This document shows positions 18,845 through 29,599 of a stretch of 64,000 nt of DNA, piece by piece. Position 1 is the first letter of the stretch; each line of letters starts with the position of its first letter. Under the pieces are notes generated by a model. It searched no databases and was not told where the DNA came from. It was given only the letters and a program-made list of their open reading frames with translations. Source of the stretch: Nitrospinales bacterium (GTDB taxonomy: Bacteria; Nitrospinota; Nitrospinia; Nitrospinales; VA-1); the NCBI GenBank assembly GCA_965223795.1, contig CBDCXL010000002.1:1664001-1728000 (forward strand), in the 5' to 3' direction. The position numbers and the translations under genes were made by a program.

Positions 18845-19576
18845 TCACTCAATGTAGGGTGTGATTTTCAGCAACAGTTCTTTGCCGCGTTTGCGGACGC
18901 GCTGCACCTCGGGACGGTCGGCTTTGGGTTCTGTGTTCTTGAAGAGAATGTTGAGGACGTCGCGGGCGGGAGCGAAACGATGCGCCTTGTAATAGGCTTC
19001 AGCGAGGAACAGGTAATTGTCGCCCATTTCGGGACCCAGCCGCACGGCTTCTTTTAAATGACCGATGGATTTTTCCAGGTTGCCTCCCAACAGGCCGGGA
19101 AGTTCCATGTACAGTTTGCCGAGCGCCCGGTGCGGCCCTCCCGCTTCCACGGAAGGGTCGAACTGGATGGCGGCCTGCATGTCCCGCTTGAAGGGTTTGA
19201 TGATTTTCAGACTGCTCCAGACACCCTGGCTCTCGCCCTGCTTGCCGCGGCACAGGCCGCGGTAAAAAAAACCGATGGCCGATTGCGGGTCGAGGGCGAG
19301 GGCGCGGTCTGCGGCTTCGATGCAGGCCTGGAAGTGCCCGTTTCTGGCCTCGCCCTGGCTCAGGTTCCCCAGAGCGAACTGATTGCGCGCCTGTCTCCAG
19401 GCAAGCCCGGTCGACGGATGGGCCTGCATGCGCTCGGAGAACAGCCGGGACTGAGACAGCAGCGCATCGCGGTCGGCTTTGATCGTATGATGCTCGCGGT
19501 CGAGCGCTTCCAGGCTGTCCGCAGCCGTTGGGGAAGCGGATATAAGAGTCAGGACGAACAGGAATTCGGGGATCAT
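18845..19576 (-). CDS. Exported TPR-like protein (resembles TatT/TRAP T-component-like family)
   Basis: Signal peptide; helical TPR-like segments; GPHRALGKLYMELPGLLGGN..KS. Confidence 0.65.
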   Translation of the reverse strand: MIPEFLFVLTLISASPTAADSLEALDREHHTIKADRDALLSQSRLFSERMQAHPSTGLAWRQARNQFALGNLSQGEARNGHFQACIEAADRALALDPQSAIGFFYRGLCRGKQGESQGVWSSLKIIKPFKRDMQAAIQFDPSVEAGGPHRALGKLYMELPGLLGGNLEKSIGHLKEAVRLGPEMGDNYLFLAEAYYKAHRFAPARDVLNILFKNTEPKADRPEVQRVRKRGKELLLKITPYIE

Positions 19577-19722
19577 GACGATGGATTAATTCCTTCTCAA
19601 GCGTGCTCTCGAATGATAGTCTATATTCGCCTCTAAGCTGAAATCAAAGTGTTGCCGCATTGGTCTCGTGTGGTCTCCGGTGAGGAGGCCTTAGACTCGT
19701 CAACCTCAATCTATCATAAAAT

Positions 19723-20322
19723 ATGCGACCGTTTGCCAAAGCGCTGGGATGGGTTTTGATTTTCGTGCTGTTTGCGGCGGCGTCCAAGGACGCCTCGCCG
19801 AAAGATTCGGTGGAGCAGCTGCTCAAGGCCATCAAGTCGATCCAATCCGGAGATGCGGTGACTGCGGAACAGCGGAAAAAAAACCGCGAGCTTTCCGATC
19901 GCGCTCTGGATTATCTGGATGTGATGGAGGTCAGTAAAAAGTCGCTGGGGAAACACTGGAAAAAAAGATCGGATGTGGAGAAGAAGCGTTTCCAGAAGCT
20001 GCTGAGCGAACTGTTCGTGTACGTGGCGTTTCCCAACTCGGGTAAGTTCTTCAAGGACCTCGACGTGCAGTACGCCGAACCGGAGGTCAACAAGACCCGC
20101 GCTCTGGTTCCCATGACGGTGGTGCATGAGGAAGAAGGCGAGATCGACATCGATTTTTTTCTCGAGTCGAGAAAGGCCGGCTGGAAGGTGGTCGACGTGC
20201 ATCTCGACGGCGTCAGCATGCGCAACAACCTGCGCAGCCAGTTTTACAGGGTGATCGCGGAAAAGGATTTTCCCGAGCTGATCAAACGGATGGAGAAAAA
20301 ACTCAAGGAAGCGAAAGCATGA
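19723..20322 (+). CDS. MlaC/Ttg2D-like periplasmic lipid-binding protein
   Basis: Signal peptide; SLGKHW; WKVVDVHLDGVSMRNNLRSQF. Confidence 0.85.
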   Translation: MRPFAKALGWVLIFVLFAAASKDASPKDSVEQLLKAIKSIQSGDAVTAEQRKKNRELSDRALDYLDVMEVSKKSLGKHWKKRSDVEKKRFQKLLSELFVYVAFPNSGKFFKDLDVQYAEPEVNKTRALVPMTVVHEEEGEIDIDFFLESRKAGWKVVDVHLDGVSMRNNLRSQFYRVIAEKDFPELIKRMEKKLKEAKA

Positions 20323-20347
20323 TGCGATTGGGAAAACGGATGCCGGC

Positions 20348-21700
20348 ATGAAGAAAATCGGCGTGGTCAGCCTGGGTTGCCCGAAAAACACAGTCGATAC
20401 GGAATACGTTCTGGGAGATCTCGTCCAGTCGGGGTATGAAATCACGCCTGACCGGGAAGAGGCGGAGGTGCTCATCGTCAACACCTGCGGGTTCATCGAG
20501 TCGGCGACGCGCGAGTCGATCGACGCCATTTTAGAGATGGCGCGGCTGAAAACCCAGGGAAAGTGCCGGCGGCTGATCGTGACAGGCTGCCTTTCGGAAC
20601 GCTACCGCGACGCGCTGCTCAAAGAGATTCCCGAGATCGACGATCTGTTGGGAGTGCATCAGTACCCCAGACTGAAAGAAATCATCCAGACCCCACCGGC
20701 CCGGGAAACCGGAGCCGCGCGCAACCACCTGAACGCGCCGGCGACGTATTTCGCATCCTACGCAAACCGGATTCTGACGACGCCGGGGTACTCCGCCTAT
20801 ATCAAGATCGCGGAGGGCTGCTCGAACCGCTGCTCGTTCTGCATCATCCCGAAAATGCGCGGCCGCTTTCGCAGCCAGCCTGTGGATTCGATCCTGCGCG
20901 AGGCCGAGAGCCTGGCGGCCCAGGGCGTGAAGGAGATCAATCTCATCTCCCAGGACACGACGATGTACGGCCTCGACCTGGGCATGAAACACGGGCTGGT
21001 GTCGCTATTGGAATCGCTGGCGCAAGTGGATGGGGTGGAATGGATCCGGCTGTTTTACTGTTATCCCACGTTCATCGATCGCGCGTTGATCGACTGCGTG
21101 GCGGCGCAGGACAAAGTGGTGAATTATTTCGACGTGCCGTTGCAGCATTCGCACGACGCCATGCTCAAAAAGATGAAACGCCAGGAGACGGAACAAGGCG
21201 TGCGCGGCATGATCGACGCCATCCGCGAAACGATTCCCGACATCGCCTTGAGAACGACGTTCATCACCGGCTTTCCCGGCGAAAGCGAAGCGCATTTTGA
21301 ACACACGGCGCGTTTTCTCGAGGAGATCGAGTTCGACCACGTGGGTGTGTTCACCTATTCGCACGAAGAAGGGACCACCGCTTTTGAGTATCCGGACGAT
21401 GTGCCGGATGACGTCAAAGAAGAACGCAAGACCGCGTTGATGGAGATTCAACGCAATATCAGCCGCAAAAAGAACCAGGCGCGGGTGGGGCGCGTGCACC
21501 CGGTTCTGGTCGAAGGGGTGGACTCCGAAGAAGCGTACCTGGTCACCGGAAGGCTGGCCTCCCAGGCTCCCGAGATCGACGGGCAGGTGATCGTCGAGGC
21601 CAGCGAGGTGCGGCCGGGAGAGATCGTGCCCATGCGCATCACCGGCGCGCTCGATTACGATCTGGTGGCGCAGGCGGAGACTCCCGCACCGGCGGGCTGA
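20348..21700 (+). CDS. rimO: Ribosomal protein S12 methylthiotransferase
   Basis: SLGCPKN, NTCGFI, radical SAM motif CSNRCSFC, APEIDG TRAM region. Confidence 0.97.
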   Translation: MKKIGVVSLGCPKNTVDTEYVLGDLVQSGYEITPDREEAEVLIVNTCGFIESATRESIDAILEMARLKTQGKCRRLIVTGCLSERYRDALLKEIPEIDDLLGVHQYPRLKEIIQTPPARETGAARNHLNAPATYFASYANRILTTPGYSAYIKIAEGCSNRCSFCIIPKMRGRFRSQPVDSILREAESLAAQGVKEINLISQDTTMYGLDLGMKHGLVSLLESLAQVDGVEWIRLFYCYPTFIDRALIDCVAAQDKVVNYFDVPLQHSHDAMLKKMKRQETEQGVRGMIDAIRETIPDIALRTTFITGFPGESEAHFEHTARFLEEIEFDHVGVFTYSHEEGTTAFEYPDDVPDDVKEERKTALMEIQRNISRKKNQARVGRVHPVLVEGVDSEEAYLVTGRLASQAPEIDGQVIVEASEVRPGEIVPMRITGALDYDLVAQAETPAPAG

Positions 21701-21763
21701 GCATTTCGCATCATTCCTGTTGAGCCGTTCCCGCCGAATCAAAATGCTGACAAACCGCTTTTC

Positions 21764-22858
21764 ATGAAACTCAAACGACTGGGAATCCTGACCGGAGGCG
21801 GCGATTGCGCCGGTCTCAACGCCGTGATCCGCGCGGTGACGCTCAGCGCGCAAGTCGAGCATCAGGCCAGCGTGGTCGGCATCGAGCTGGGGTTCGACGG
21901 GTTGATCTTCGACTACCATAAAGAACTCACGTTTCAAAACAGTAAAGACATCCTGCCTCTGGGCGGCACCGTCCTCGGCACCACCAACAAGGGCAATCCG
22001 TTCGCCTACCGGGAATTCGGGCTGGAAGGCCAGGTCGTCGAAACCGATTATTCTAAAAAGGCGCTGGAAAATTTCAAGCGGCTCAAGCTCGACTGCCTGT
22101 TCGTGGTCGGCGGCGAAGGCACTCTGGAGATCGCGCAGCGGTTTTACGAGATGGGGATGCCCGTCATCGGCATTCCCAAGACCATCGACAACGATCTGGG
22201 CGAGACGGACTACACCTTCGGATTCCAGACCGCGGTGCAGGTGGCCACGGATGCGCTCGACCGGCTGCATACCACAGGGAGAAGTCACCGCAGGGTCATG
22301 ATCCTCGAGGTCATGGGACGCCACGCCGGCTGGATCGCGCTCGAGTCGGGGCTGGCCGGCGGCGCGCACATCATCCTGATACCGGAGGTTCCCTTCCGGC
22401 TGGAAAGGGTCCTCGATAAAATCCGCGAACGGGAAGCGAAGGGCTACCCGTTCAGCACGATCGTGGTGGCGGAAGGGGCGCATGAGGTGGGGGGCAGCGA
22501 GATCATCTTGAAAAGCGCATCCAGCCGGTTGCAGGGGGTCGCCCAATTGGGCGGCGTCGGCAGCCACCTCGCGGAGAAGATCAGCCGGGAAATCGACCTG
22601 GAAGTCCGTTGCACGGTGCTGGGGCACACGCAGCGCGGCGGCACGCCCAACAGCTTCGACCGGGTGCTGGGAACCCGGCTCGGGGCGTTCGCGGTGCAGG
22701 CCGCGGCGGAGGGCCGGTTCGGCACCATGGTCGCCCTGAAAACACCGGAAATCACTCTCGTCCCGATGAAGGGACTGGCCGGGATGGTCCGCAATGTTCC
22801 CATGCAGTCGCAGCTGATCGCCTGCGCGGAATCCATCGGCGTCAGCCTCGGGCGCTGA
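21764..22858 (+). CDS. pfkA: 6-phosphofructokinase (group III type, probably ATP-dependent)
   Basis: TGGGDC.GLNAVI, GGEGT, PKTIDND, EVMGRHAGW, LGHTQRGG. Confidence 0.93.
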   Translation: MKLKRLGILTGGGDCAGLNAVIRAVTLSAQVEHQASVVGIELGFDGLIFDYHKELTFQNSKDILPLGGTVLGTTNKGNPFAYREFGLEGQVVETDYSKKALENFKRLKLDCLFVVGGEGTLEIAQRFYEMGMPVIGIPKTIDNDLGETDYTFGFQTAVQVATDALDRLHTTGRSHRRVMILEVMGRHAGWIALESGLAGGAHIILIPEVPFRLERVLDKIREREAKGYPFSTIVVAEGAHEVGGSEIILKSASSRLQGVAQLGGVGSHLAEKISREIDLEVRCTVLGHTQRGGTPNSFDRVLGTRLGAFAVQAAAEGRFGTMVALKTPEITLVPMKGLAGMVRNVPMQSQLIACAESIGVSLGR

Positions 22859-22894
22859 TCCTGTTTTGGCGCAGCCCGGCTTCGGGGTTTGTTC

Positions 22895-22923
22895 TTGTCA
22901 CGCCAAACACGGTGTGCTAATCT
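22895..22923 (+). promoter_or_regulatory. Sigma-70 promoter of the rpsB operon
   Basis: TTGTCA-N17-TAATCT with an extended -10 TG. Confidence 0.65.
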
Positions 22924-22963
22924 AGCGCACCAAGGATCTCATCCATATAAAGTATTCTAATTT

Positions 22964-23040
22964 CACACGCAGCCGGATCGACCCCGGGGTGGCCTGGTGC
23001 AGGTTCCGGGTGAGAGATGAAGGTTGCGGCGGACGAACCC
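22964..23040 (+). ncRNA. rpsB leader (S2 autoregulatory element, t44-like)
   Basis: CACAC...CCGGGGTG...AACCC layout directly upstream of rpsB, as in the known rpsB leader pseudoknot. Confidence 0.7.
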
Positions 23041-23059
23041 AAACTATTGAGGAGCGATC

Positions 23060-23866
23060 ATGGCGGAAGTCACGATGAAGGGTCTGCTGGAGGCCGGTGT
23101 CCATTTCGGGCATCAGACCACCCGGTGGAGCCCGAAGATGAAGAAGTACATTTATGGCGCCCGGAACGGCATCCATATTGTCGATCTGCAGAAAACCCTG
23201 AAAAAATTTCGGGAGGCGGAAAAGTTCATTTCCGATGTGGCTCAATCGGGTAAAAAAATCCTGTTTGTCGCCACCAAGAAGCAGGCGCAGGAACTCATCG
23301 CCCAGGAAGCGGTCCGCTGCGGCATGTTTTATGTGAATCAGCGTTGGCTCGGCGGGACGATGACCAATTTCACCACCATCCGCAAAAGCATCGACCGTCT
23401 GCTGGAACTGGAACGGATGGAGGAAGAAAACGAATTCGACCGGCTGCATAAAAAAGAAGCCCTGAAAAAAAGGAAGGAAATCGAAAAGCTCAACAAATTT
23501 TTCCGCGGGATCAAATCCATGAAGCGGCTGCCCGATGTGATCTTCATCGTGGACACCCGCAAGGAAAAAATCGCCCTCGCGGAAGCGAAGAAACTGGGAA
23601 TCAAGATCATCGCCATCGTTGACACCAATTGCGATCCGGACGGAATCGATTATCCCATTCCAGGAAATGACGACGCGATCCGTTCGATCAAGCTGTTCAC
23701 GCAACGGATCGCCGATTTGTGTGTCGAGGGTCAGGAAATGACCCGGTCTCGTCAGGAAGAAGAAGCGGCGGCTGCTGCAAGCAAACAGGAAGCCCCGGCG
23801 GCGGTTGCAGAAACCGGCGCCGATTCCGCTTCGGACGGGAAAAGCGAGGACACGGTTTCTGCCTGA
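23060..23866 (+). CDS. rpsB: 30S ribosomal protein S2
   Basis: [30 protein letters not shown]. Confidence 0.99.
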   Translation: MAEVTMKGLLEAGVHFGHQTTRWSPKMKKYIYGARNGIHIVDLQKTLKKFREAEKFISDVAQSGKKILFVATKKQAQELIAQEAVRCGMFYVNQRWLGGTMTNFTTIRKSIDRLLELERMEEENEFDRLHKKEALKKRKEIEKLNKFFRGIKSMKRLPDVIFIVDTRKEKIALAEAKKLGIKIIAIVDTNCDPDGIDYPIPGNDDAIRSIKLFTQRIADLCVEGQEMTRSRQEEEAAAAASKQEAPAAVAETGADSASDGKSEDTVSA

Positions 23867-24040
23867 TCGGCATGCCTTCCCTTATCAATCCAGCCGGTTT
23901 TTAAAGCCCCGGTCCTTCGGGCGCCAGGGGAACTCCAGGAGGCTTGTTTTCTTGTCCGGGATGTTGCGGCCCGGTGTGATTGCGTGCGGAGCGGAGTGAC
24001 ACAAATTTGAATTCTGAGTCAGTTGAGGAGTGAATCGAGG

Positions 24041-24634
24041 ATGGAAATCACCGCGGAAATGGTCAAAGAGCTGCGCGCCAAATCGGGTGCGGGCATCATG
24101 GAGTGCAAAAGCGCTCTTAAGGAAACAGAGGGCGATGTGGAGGAAGCGATCACCTTCCTCAGAAAAAAGGGGCTGGCCAAGGCCGGCAAAAAAGCGGATC
24201 GTCAGACCGGGGACGGGGCGATCGGCGCGTACATCCATGCCGGTAATAAGATCGGCGTTCTGGTGCGTCTGCACTGCGAGACCGATTTTGTGGCCAACAC
24301 TCCCGATTTTCAGGAGTTGATCAAAGACATCGGGATGCACGTCGCCGCTTCCAAGACGCGGTTCATCTCGCGTGAGGATGTGACCGAAGAGGACATTCAA
24401 AAAGAGCGGGAGATTTTTGCGCATCAGGCGCGGGAGTCGGGAAAGCCGGAAAATATCATCGATAAGATCGTGGATGGAAAAATCGGTAAGTTTTACGAGG
24501 AAAACTGCCTTCTCGATCAGGCGTTCATCAAGGACACCAGCATCACCGTTGGTGAATTGATCAAACAGAAAATCGCTCTTCTCGGCGAGAACATCACGGT
24601 CGGGGAGTTTGTCCGTTTTGAAATTTCCAAATAA
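24041..24634 (+). CDS. tsf: Elongation factor Ts (short form)
   Basis: VKELR..SGAG.MECK.AL, CETDFVA; about 197 aa. Confidence 0.98.
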   Translation: MEITAEMVKELRAKSGAGIMECKSALKETEGDVEEAITFLRKKGLAKAGKKADRQTGDGAIGAYIHAGNKIGVLVRLHCETDFVANTPDFQELIKDIGMHVAASKTRFISREDVTEEDIQKEREIFAHQARESGKPENIIDKIVDGKIGKFYEENCLLDQAFIKDTSITVGELIKQKIALLGENITVGEFVRFEISK

Positions 24635-24648
24635 AGGTTGAACCGTTT

Positions 24649-25368
24649 ATGGACCGACCGATATACAGACGCATCCTGCTGAAGCTGGGAGGGGAAAGCC
24701 TCGCGGCGGAGGACGGAGGATTCGGCATCGACCAGGGGGCCCTGCAGAATATCGCATCGGAGATCCATGAGGCCCGGGACGTGGGAGTGGAAATCGCCAT
24801 CGTCATCGGCGGCGGAAACATCTTCCGCGGTATCACCGCAAGCAATCTGGGTATGGAGCGGGCCACCGCCGATTACATGGGCATGCTGGCCACGGTCATC
24901 AACGCGCTCGCCCTTCAGCATGCGCTGGAAGCGCGCGGCATTTCCACGCGCGTGCAGACCGCGATCGAAATCCATCAGCTTGCGGAACCGTATGTGCGGC
25001 GCCGCGCCATCCGGCACCTGGAAAAAGGCAGGATCATTATTTTCGCCGGAGGGACCGGGAACCCTTATTTCACCACCGACACCGCCGCTTCATTGAGGGC
25101 GATGGAGATCGGTGCGGATGTGATTTTCAAGGCGACAAAGGTGGACGGCATCTATTCCTCCGACCCGCTCGTGGATGCGGATGCGACGAAATTTTCCGAG
25201 CTTTCCTATCTCGAGGTGCTGCAAAAGGGACTCAAGGTGATGGATTCCACATCGGTTTCCCTCTGCATGGACAACAAGCTGCCGATGGTGATTTTCAATG
25301 TGCGGCAGAAAAGCAGCATCAAGCGGGTTCTTCTGGGAGAAAAAATCGGCACCACTGTGGGAGTGTGA
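24649..25368 (+). CDS. pyrH: UMP kinase
   Basis: [33 protein letters not shown]. Confidence 0.98.
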   Translation: MDRPIYRRILLKLGGESLAAEDGGFGIDQGALQNIASEIHEARDVGVEIAIVIGGGNIFRGITASNLGMERATADYMGMLATVINALALQHALEARGISTRVQTAIEIHQLAEPYVRRRAIRHLEKGRIIIFAGGTGNPYFTTDTAASLRAMEIGADVIFKATKVDGIYSSDPLVDADATKFSELSYLEVLQKGLKVMDSTSVSLCMDNKLPMVIFNVRQKSSIKRVLLGEKIGTTVGV

Positions 25369-25928
25369 ACGTGATCGAACAGCTGCTCAAAGAATCCGAA
25401 TCGAAAATGGGGTATTCGCTGGATCATCTGCGGACGGACCTGGCCAAGCTGAGGACCGGGCGCGCTTCGCTGGCCATCCTTGAGGACATCAAGGTCGATT
25501 ATTACGGCAACCCGACTCCCTTGAACCAGGTGGGGACGCTCGCGGTTCCGGATCCCTCGACCATCACCATTCAGCCCTGGGACAGCACGGTGCTGAAAGA
25601 CATCGAGAAGGCGGTGCAGAGCTCAGACCTGGGATTGACGCCGAATAACGACGGCAAGTTGATCCGGCTGACCATTCCTCCTCTCACGCAGGAACGCCGG
25701 CAGCAGCTGGGCAAGGTGGTGAAAAAGCACGCGGAGGAATGCAGAGTGGCGATCCGCAACTTGAGACGGGTTTTCAACGACAAGGTCAAGGCTTTGGAGA
25801 AAAAACACGAAATATCCCAGGATGAAAGCCACAATTACATCGACAAAATGCAGAAGATCACGGACGCGCACATTGGGGATGTGGATAAGATCGCCCAGGC
25901 GAAAGAAAAAGATATCATGGAAGTTTGA
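25365..25928 (+). CDS. frr: Ribosome recycling factor
   Basis: LRTGRAS, VDYYG..TPL, LGLTP.NDG, PPLT.ERR. Confidence 0.98.
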   Translation: MNVIEQLLKESESKMGYSLDHLRTDLAKLRTGRASLAILEDIKVDYYGNPTPLNQVGTLAVPDPSTITIQPWDSTVLKDIEKAVQSSDLGLTPNNDGKLIRLTIPPLTQERRQQLGKVVKKHAEECRVAIRNLRRVFNDKVKALEKKHEISQDESHNYIDKMQKITDAHIGDVDKIAQAKEKDIMEV

Positions 25929-26019
25929 TCGTCCTCATCGATGACTCCTCCTTCATCCGCTCCCCATCCCAGAACCAAGCCCTTTTGATGCTTCTGTCCC
26001 GCTTTTTGGAGACGGTTTC

Positions 26020-26775
26020 TTGACGGATGCGAATTTGAAAGAACAACTGGAACCCAACCGCCTTCCGCGTCACATCGCCATCATCATGGACGGGAACGGC
26101 CGCTGGGCCAAGAACAATCGCAAGCCGCGTGTGGAAGGGCACCGCGAAGGCGTCAAGGCGGTCGACCGGATCGTCACGCTGTGCCGGAAACTGAATATCG
26201 AAGCCCTCACCCTGTACGCGTTTTCGGATGAGAACTGGAACCGGCCTTTGGTGGAGATCAGCGCGCTGATGAAGATCCTCGATTTCTACCTCAAAAAGGA
26301 ACTCGCCCGGATGCAGGAAGAAAACATCCGGTTCAACACCATCGGCCGCATCGAAGAGCTGCCTGTCGAAATTCAGAAGATCATCCGCAACGCCGAACAG
26401 GCCACCGAGCAGAACGATGGCATGACGCTGACCCTCGCGCTCAGTTACGGCGGCCGTCAGGAGATCCTCGCTGCGGTGAAAAAGATCGCCGGCAAGGTTC
26501 AGGCCGGTTTTCTGCAGACGGAGGACATCGATCCCCAGTTGTTTGAATCCTTTTTATCTACGCATCCCCTTCCGGATCCTGATCTTTTGATTCGAACCAG
26601 CGGGGAACTGAGAATCAGCAATTTTCTTCTGTACCAGATCGCGTACACGGAGCTGCATTATACTTCGGTGTTGTGGCCGGATTTTTCCGAAGACGATTTG
26701 CTGCACGCTCTCATCGATTACCAGAAACGGGAAAGAAGATTCGGGCGCACCCGGGAACAGATCGTCAAGGTGTGA
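26020..26775 (+). CDS. uppS: Undecaprenyl diphosphate synthase
   Basis: HIAIIMDGNGRWA, FS.ENW.RP, DLLIRTSGE.RISNFLL. Confidence 0.98.
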   Translation: MTDANLKEQLEPNRLPRHIAIIMDGNGRWAKNNRKPRVEGHREGVKAVDRIVTLCRKLNIEALTLYAFSDENWNRPLVEISALMKILDFYLKKELARMQEENIRFNTIGRIEELPVEIQKIIRNAEQATEQNDGMTLTLALSYGGRQEILAAVKKIAGKVQAGFLQTEDIDPQLFESFLSTHPLPDPDLLIRTSGELRISNFLLYQIAYTELHYTSVLWPDFSEDDLLHALIDYQKRERRFGRTREQIVKV

Positions 26776-26928
26776 GCCTTCCACGCGTCCGCGTTCGACG
26801 CTGTTGTTTGCAATCGTTCCCGCCTCTCCGGGAACCGGGTCGAAGGGTTTTTTGATGGAGCCTTCCAGCCGCTTTTTATTTCTCTCCCCTGTGCGATTGC
26901 TTCTGCCTTCCCTGATGAGGATCGTCCT

Positions 26929-27717
26929 TTGACACGAGTGCTGACCGCAGCGGTGATCATACCCATCGTTTTGGGCATCGTGTTTTATGGTTCGCCGGAG
27001 TGGTTTCTGGCTCTTGTGATCCTCGCTGTGGGAGCCGGGATGTATGAATACTTTTCCCTGGTCGCCAAAATGGGCGTGGACGGATTCCCGGCTCTGGGCG
27101 GGGTCTTGGGCGCCCTTTTGCTTTTCTGCTTTTATTTTGGCGGGGTCTATTTTCTGGAATGGGGGGTTCTGGTTTTCGTTTCGCTGTTTCTCGCCTGGAT
27201 TCTGTTTGAAAAAAATGTCAAAGTTGCCATCGACCAGATTTCCTACACGCTGCTCGGAATCGGCTATGTGGCCGGGCTTTCAGGATACTTTTTGTTGATC
27301 CGGCAAATGGAAAATGGCCGGTTCTGGCTTCTTTTTTTATTTCTGATCATTTGGATGGGAGATGCGGGAGCTTATTATGGAGGCCGTAAATGGGGCCGCC
27401 GTCCTCTCGCCCCTTCGGTCAGCCCCAAAAAGACTTTGGAAGGGACTCTTTTCGGATTGTTGGGCTCTCTTTTGGGCGGGTTGTTTGCGCATTTTGTGTT
27501 TTTACAGTCATTTTCTTTATTCCATTGTTTGCTTGCCGCTGGTATTTGCGGTATGATCGGACAAATCGGAGATTTAGCCGAATCGTTGTTGAAGCGCAAT
27601 GCTGGAGTGAAAGATTCCAGTGGGCTGATTCCGGGACACGGAGGAGTTCTGGACCGCATCGACAGTTTGCTGTTTGCGGGTCCAGTGTTTTATATTTATC
27701 ACAAACTTTTTCTTTAG
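26929..27717 (+). CDS. cdsA: Phosphatidate cytidylyltransferase
   Basis: SPKKT.EG, GDLAESLLKR..GVKDS...PGHGG.LDR.DS. Confidence 0.97.
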   Translation: MTRVLTAAVIIPIVLGIVFYGSPEWFLALVILAVGAGMYEYFSLVAKMGVDGFPALGGVLGALLLFCFYFGGVYFLEWGVLVFVSLFLAWILFEKNVKVAIDQISYTLLGIGYVAGLSGYFLLIRQMENGRFWLLFLFLIIWMGDAGAYYGGRKWGRRPLAPSVSPKKTLEGTLFGLLGSLLGGLFAHFVFLQSFSLFHCLLAAGICGMIGQIGDLAESLLKRNAGVKDSSGLIPGHGGVLDRIDSLLFAGPVFYIYHKLFL

Positions 27718-27812
27718 GAACCTCTCTTTCGTTCCCCTTTCGTGGTTTAACGCAGCGTGCCCTCCAGGTTGCGTCATTCAATTCAATTTAAAATTTGAAT
27801 CGAGCCTTCCTT

Positions 27813-28964
27813 ATGAAGAGAATTTCCCTTTTAGGGTCCACCGGGTCCATCGGTGTGAATACTCTTGACGTTGTTGCCCGTAGTCCGGAAAAATTTGAAA
27901 TCTGCGGTCTTTCCACAGGAAGCAATGTGGAGCTTCTGGCCCGGCAGGTGGAGCGGTTTCGTCCCAAGGTGGTTTCGATCTTTGATGCCGCCAAACTTCC
28001 CCAGCTCAAGCAAATGCTCTCCGGGCAGGATGTGGAGATTTTATCGGGAGAAGAAGGGTCGGTGAGGGTCGCCACGTATCCGGACGCGGATCTTGTGGTA
28101 TCCGGCATCGTCGGCAGCGCAGGGCTGGTGCCCACGCTCGCGGCGGTGGAAGCGGGCAAGAGCCTGGCGCTGGCGAACAAGGAAACTCTGGTCATCGCGG
28201 GCGAACTGGTGATCAACAAATTGAAGGACCGAGCAGCCCTGATTCCGATTGACAGTGAACACAGCGCGATTTTTCAGGCGCTCAACGGAGAAAAGAGGGA
28301 TCGGATCAAAAAAATCATTCTGACCGGATCGGGAGGTCCGTTTCGAACGTTTTCCAAGGAACAGATGGAGCATGTCACGGTCCAGCAGGCTCTCAATCAT
28401 CCCAACTGGTCGATGGGAAATAAAATCACGATCGATTCGGCGACCATGATGAACAAGGGGCTCGAATACATCGAGGCGAAATGGCTTTTCGGTCTTGATG
28501 TGGAGATCGAAATCATCGTCCATGCCCAGAGCATCATTCACTCGATGATCGAATTTGTGGACACTTCCATCATCGCGCAGATGGGGATCCCCGACATGCG
28601 GGTACCGATCGCCTACGCGCTGTCTTTCCCGGACCGGCTGGACACGCAGCTTCCCTCCCTCAATTTCTCAAAAACTTCTCACCTGACGTTTGAGGCGCCC
28701 GACTTTGAGAAGTTTCCCTGTCTCATGTTGGCGATCGAAGCCTTGAAAATCGGCAAGACCATGCCTGCCGTGTTGAACGCGGCAAATGAGATTGCCGTTC
28801 AGGCTTTTCTGGATGAGCTGATACCCTTCAAGGACATTCCGGAGATCATCCGTCTGGCGATGGAAAACCATGATTGTTTTCCTGTGACCTGCCTGGAGGA
28901 TGTGATCGAGGCCGACCGCTGGGCCCGTGACGAGGCGCGCAAGCTGGCGACCGTTCCTCATTAG
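27813..28964 (+). CDS. dxr: DXP reductoisomerase
   Basis: LGSTGSIG, LANKE, PIDSEH, HPNWSMG.KITIDSATMMNKGLE. Confidence 0.98.
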   Translation: MKRISLLGSTGSIGVNTLDVVARSPEKFEICGLSTGSNVELLARQVERFRPKVVSIFDAAKLPQLKQMLSGQDVEILSGEEGSVRVATYPDADLVVSGIVGSAGLVPTLAAVEAGKSLALANKETLVIAGELVINKLKDRAALIPIDSEHSAIFQALNGEKRDRIKKIILTGSGGPFRTFSKEQMEHVTVQQALNHPNWSMGNKITIDSATMMNKGLEYIEAKWLFGLDVEIEIIVHAQSIIHSMIEFVDTSIIAQMGIPDMRVPIAYALSFPDRLDTQLPSLNFSKTSHLTFEAPDFEKFPCLMLAIEALKIGKTMPAVLNAANEIAVQAFLDELIPFKDIPEIIRLAMENHDCFPVTCLEDVIEADRWARDEARKLATVPH

Positions 28965-29015
28965 AGAGTGTCCGGTTTCAGGGCCTTCTTGTTTTTTCCA
29001 TTTTGATTGAGATCG

Positions 29016-29510
29016 ATGTACCGGATAGGCAACGGATTCGACGTTCATCGCCTGGTTGAGGGAAGAAAACTCATTCTGGGCGGCGTGACCATTCCGCACA
29101 CGATGGGTCTTTCGGGGCATTCGGATGCGGACGCCCTCATTCACGCCATCTGCGATGCGCTGCTGGGGGCCTGCGGGGCGGGGGACATCGGCACTCATTT
29201 CCCCAGCTCGGATGCCCGGTGGAAAGGCGTATCAAGCAGAGTGTTTCTTGAGGAGAGCGGAAGGGTCTGTTCCGAACGCGGCTACGACATCGCCAACATC
29301 GATTCGATCATCGTGGCGCAACAACCCAGGCTTTCGCCTTTCATCGAGCCGATGATGAAGAACATCGCCGAATCGCTGGGACTGGATCCCGACCGGGTTC
29401 ACGTCAAGGCCACCACCACCGATTCTCTCGGCTATGCCGGCCGTGAAGAAGGCATTGCCTGTTACGCGGTGGCGTTGCTCTTAAAGGCATCCCCCGCCGA
29501 TCCTTCCTGA
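29016..29510 (+). CDS. ispF: MEcPP synthase
   Basis: G.GFDVH, GHSDAD, DIGTHFP, VKATT. Confidence 0.97.
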   Translation: MYRIGNGFDVHRLVEGRKLILGGVTIPHTMGLSGHSDADALIHAICDALLGACGAGDIGTHFPSSDARWKGVSSRVFLEESGRVCSERGYDIANIDSIIVAQQPRLSPFIEPMMKNIAESLGLDPDRVHVKATTTDSLGYAGREEGIACYAVALLLKASPADPS

Positions 29511-29599
29511 TCGATTTTCAGCCCTTGCCCAGGTGGGCGAAGCCTCCCGGCGCGCATGTGCCAATTTCTCCCATACACTTCCATGACTCCCAGACTCTA

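Noticed and set aside
26929..27810. Low-GC patch in cdsA as foreign DNA
   Set aside because: Largely explained by T-rich codons for hydrophobic residues in a conserved operon position.
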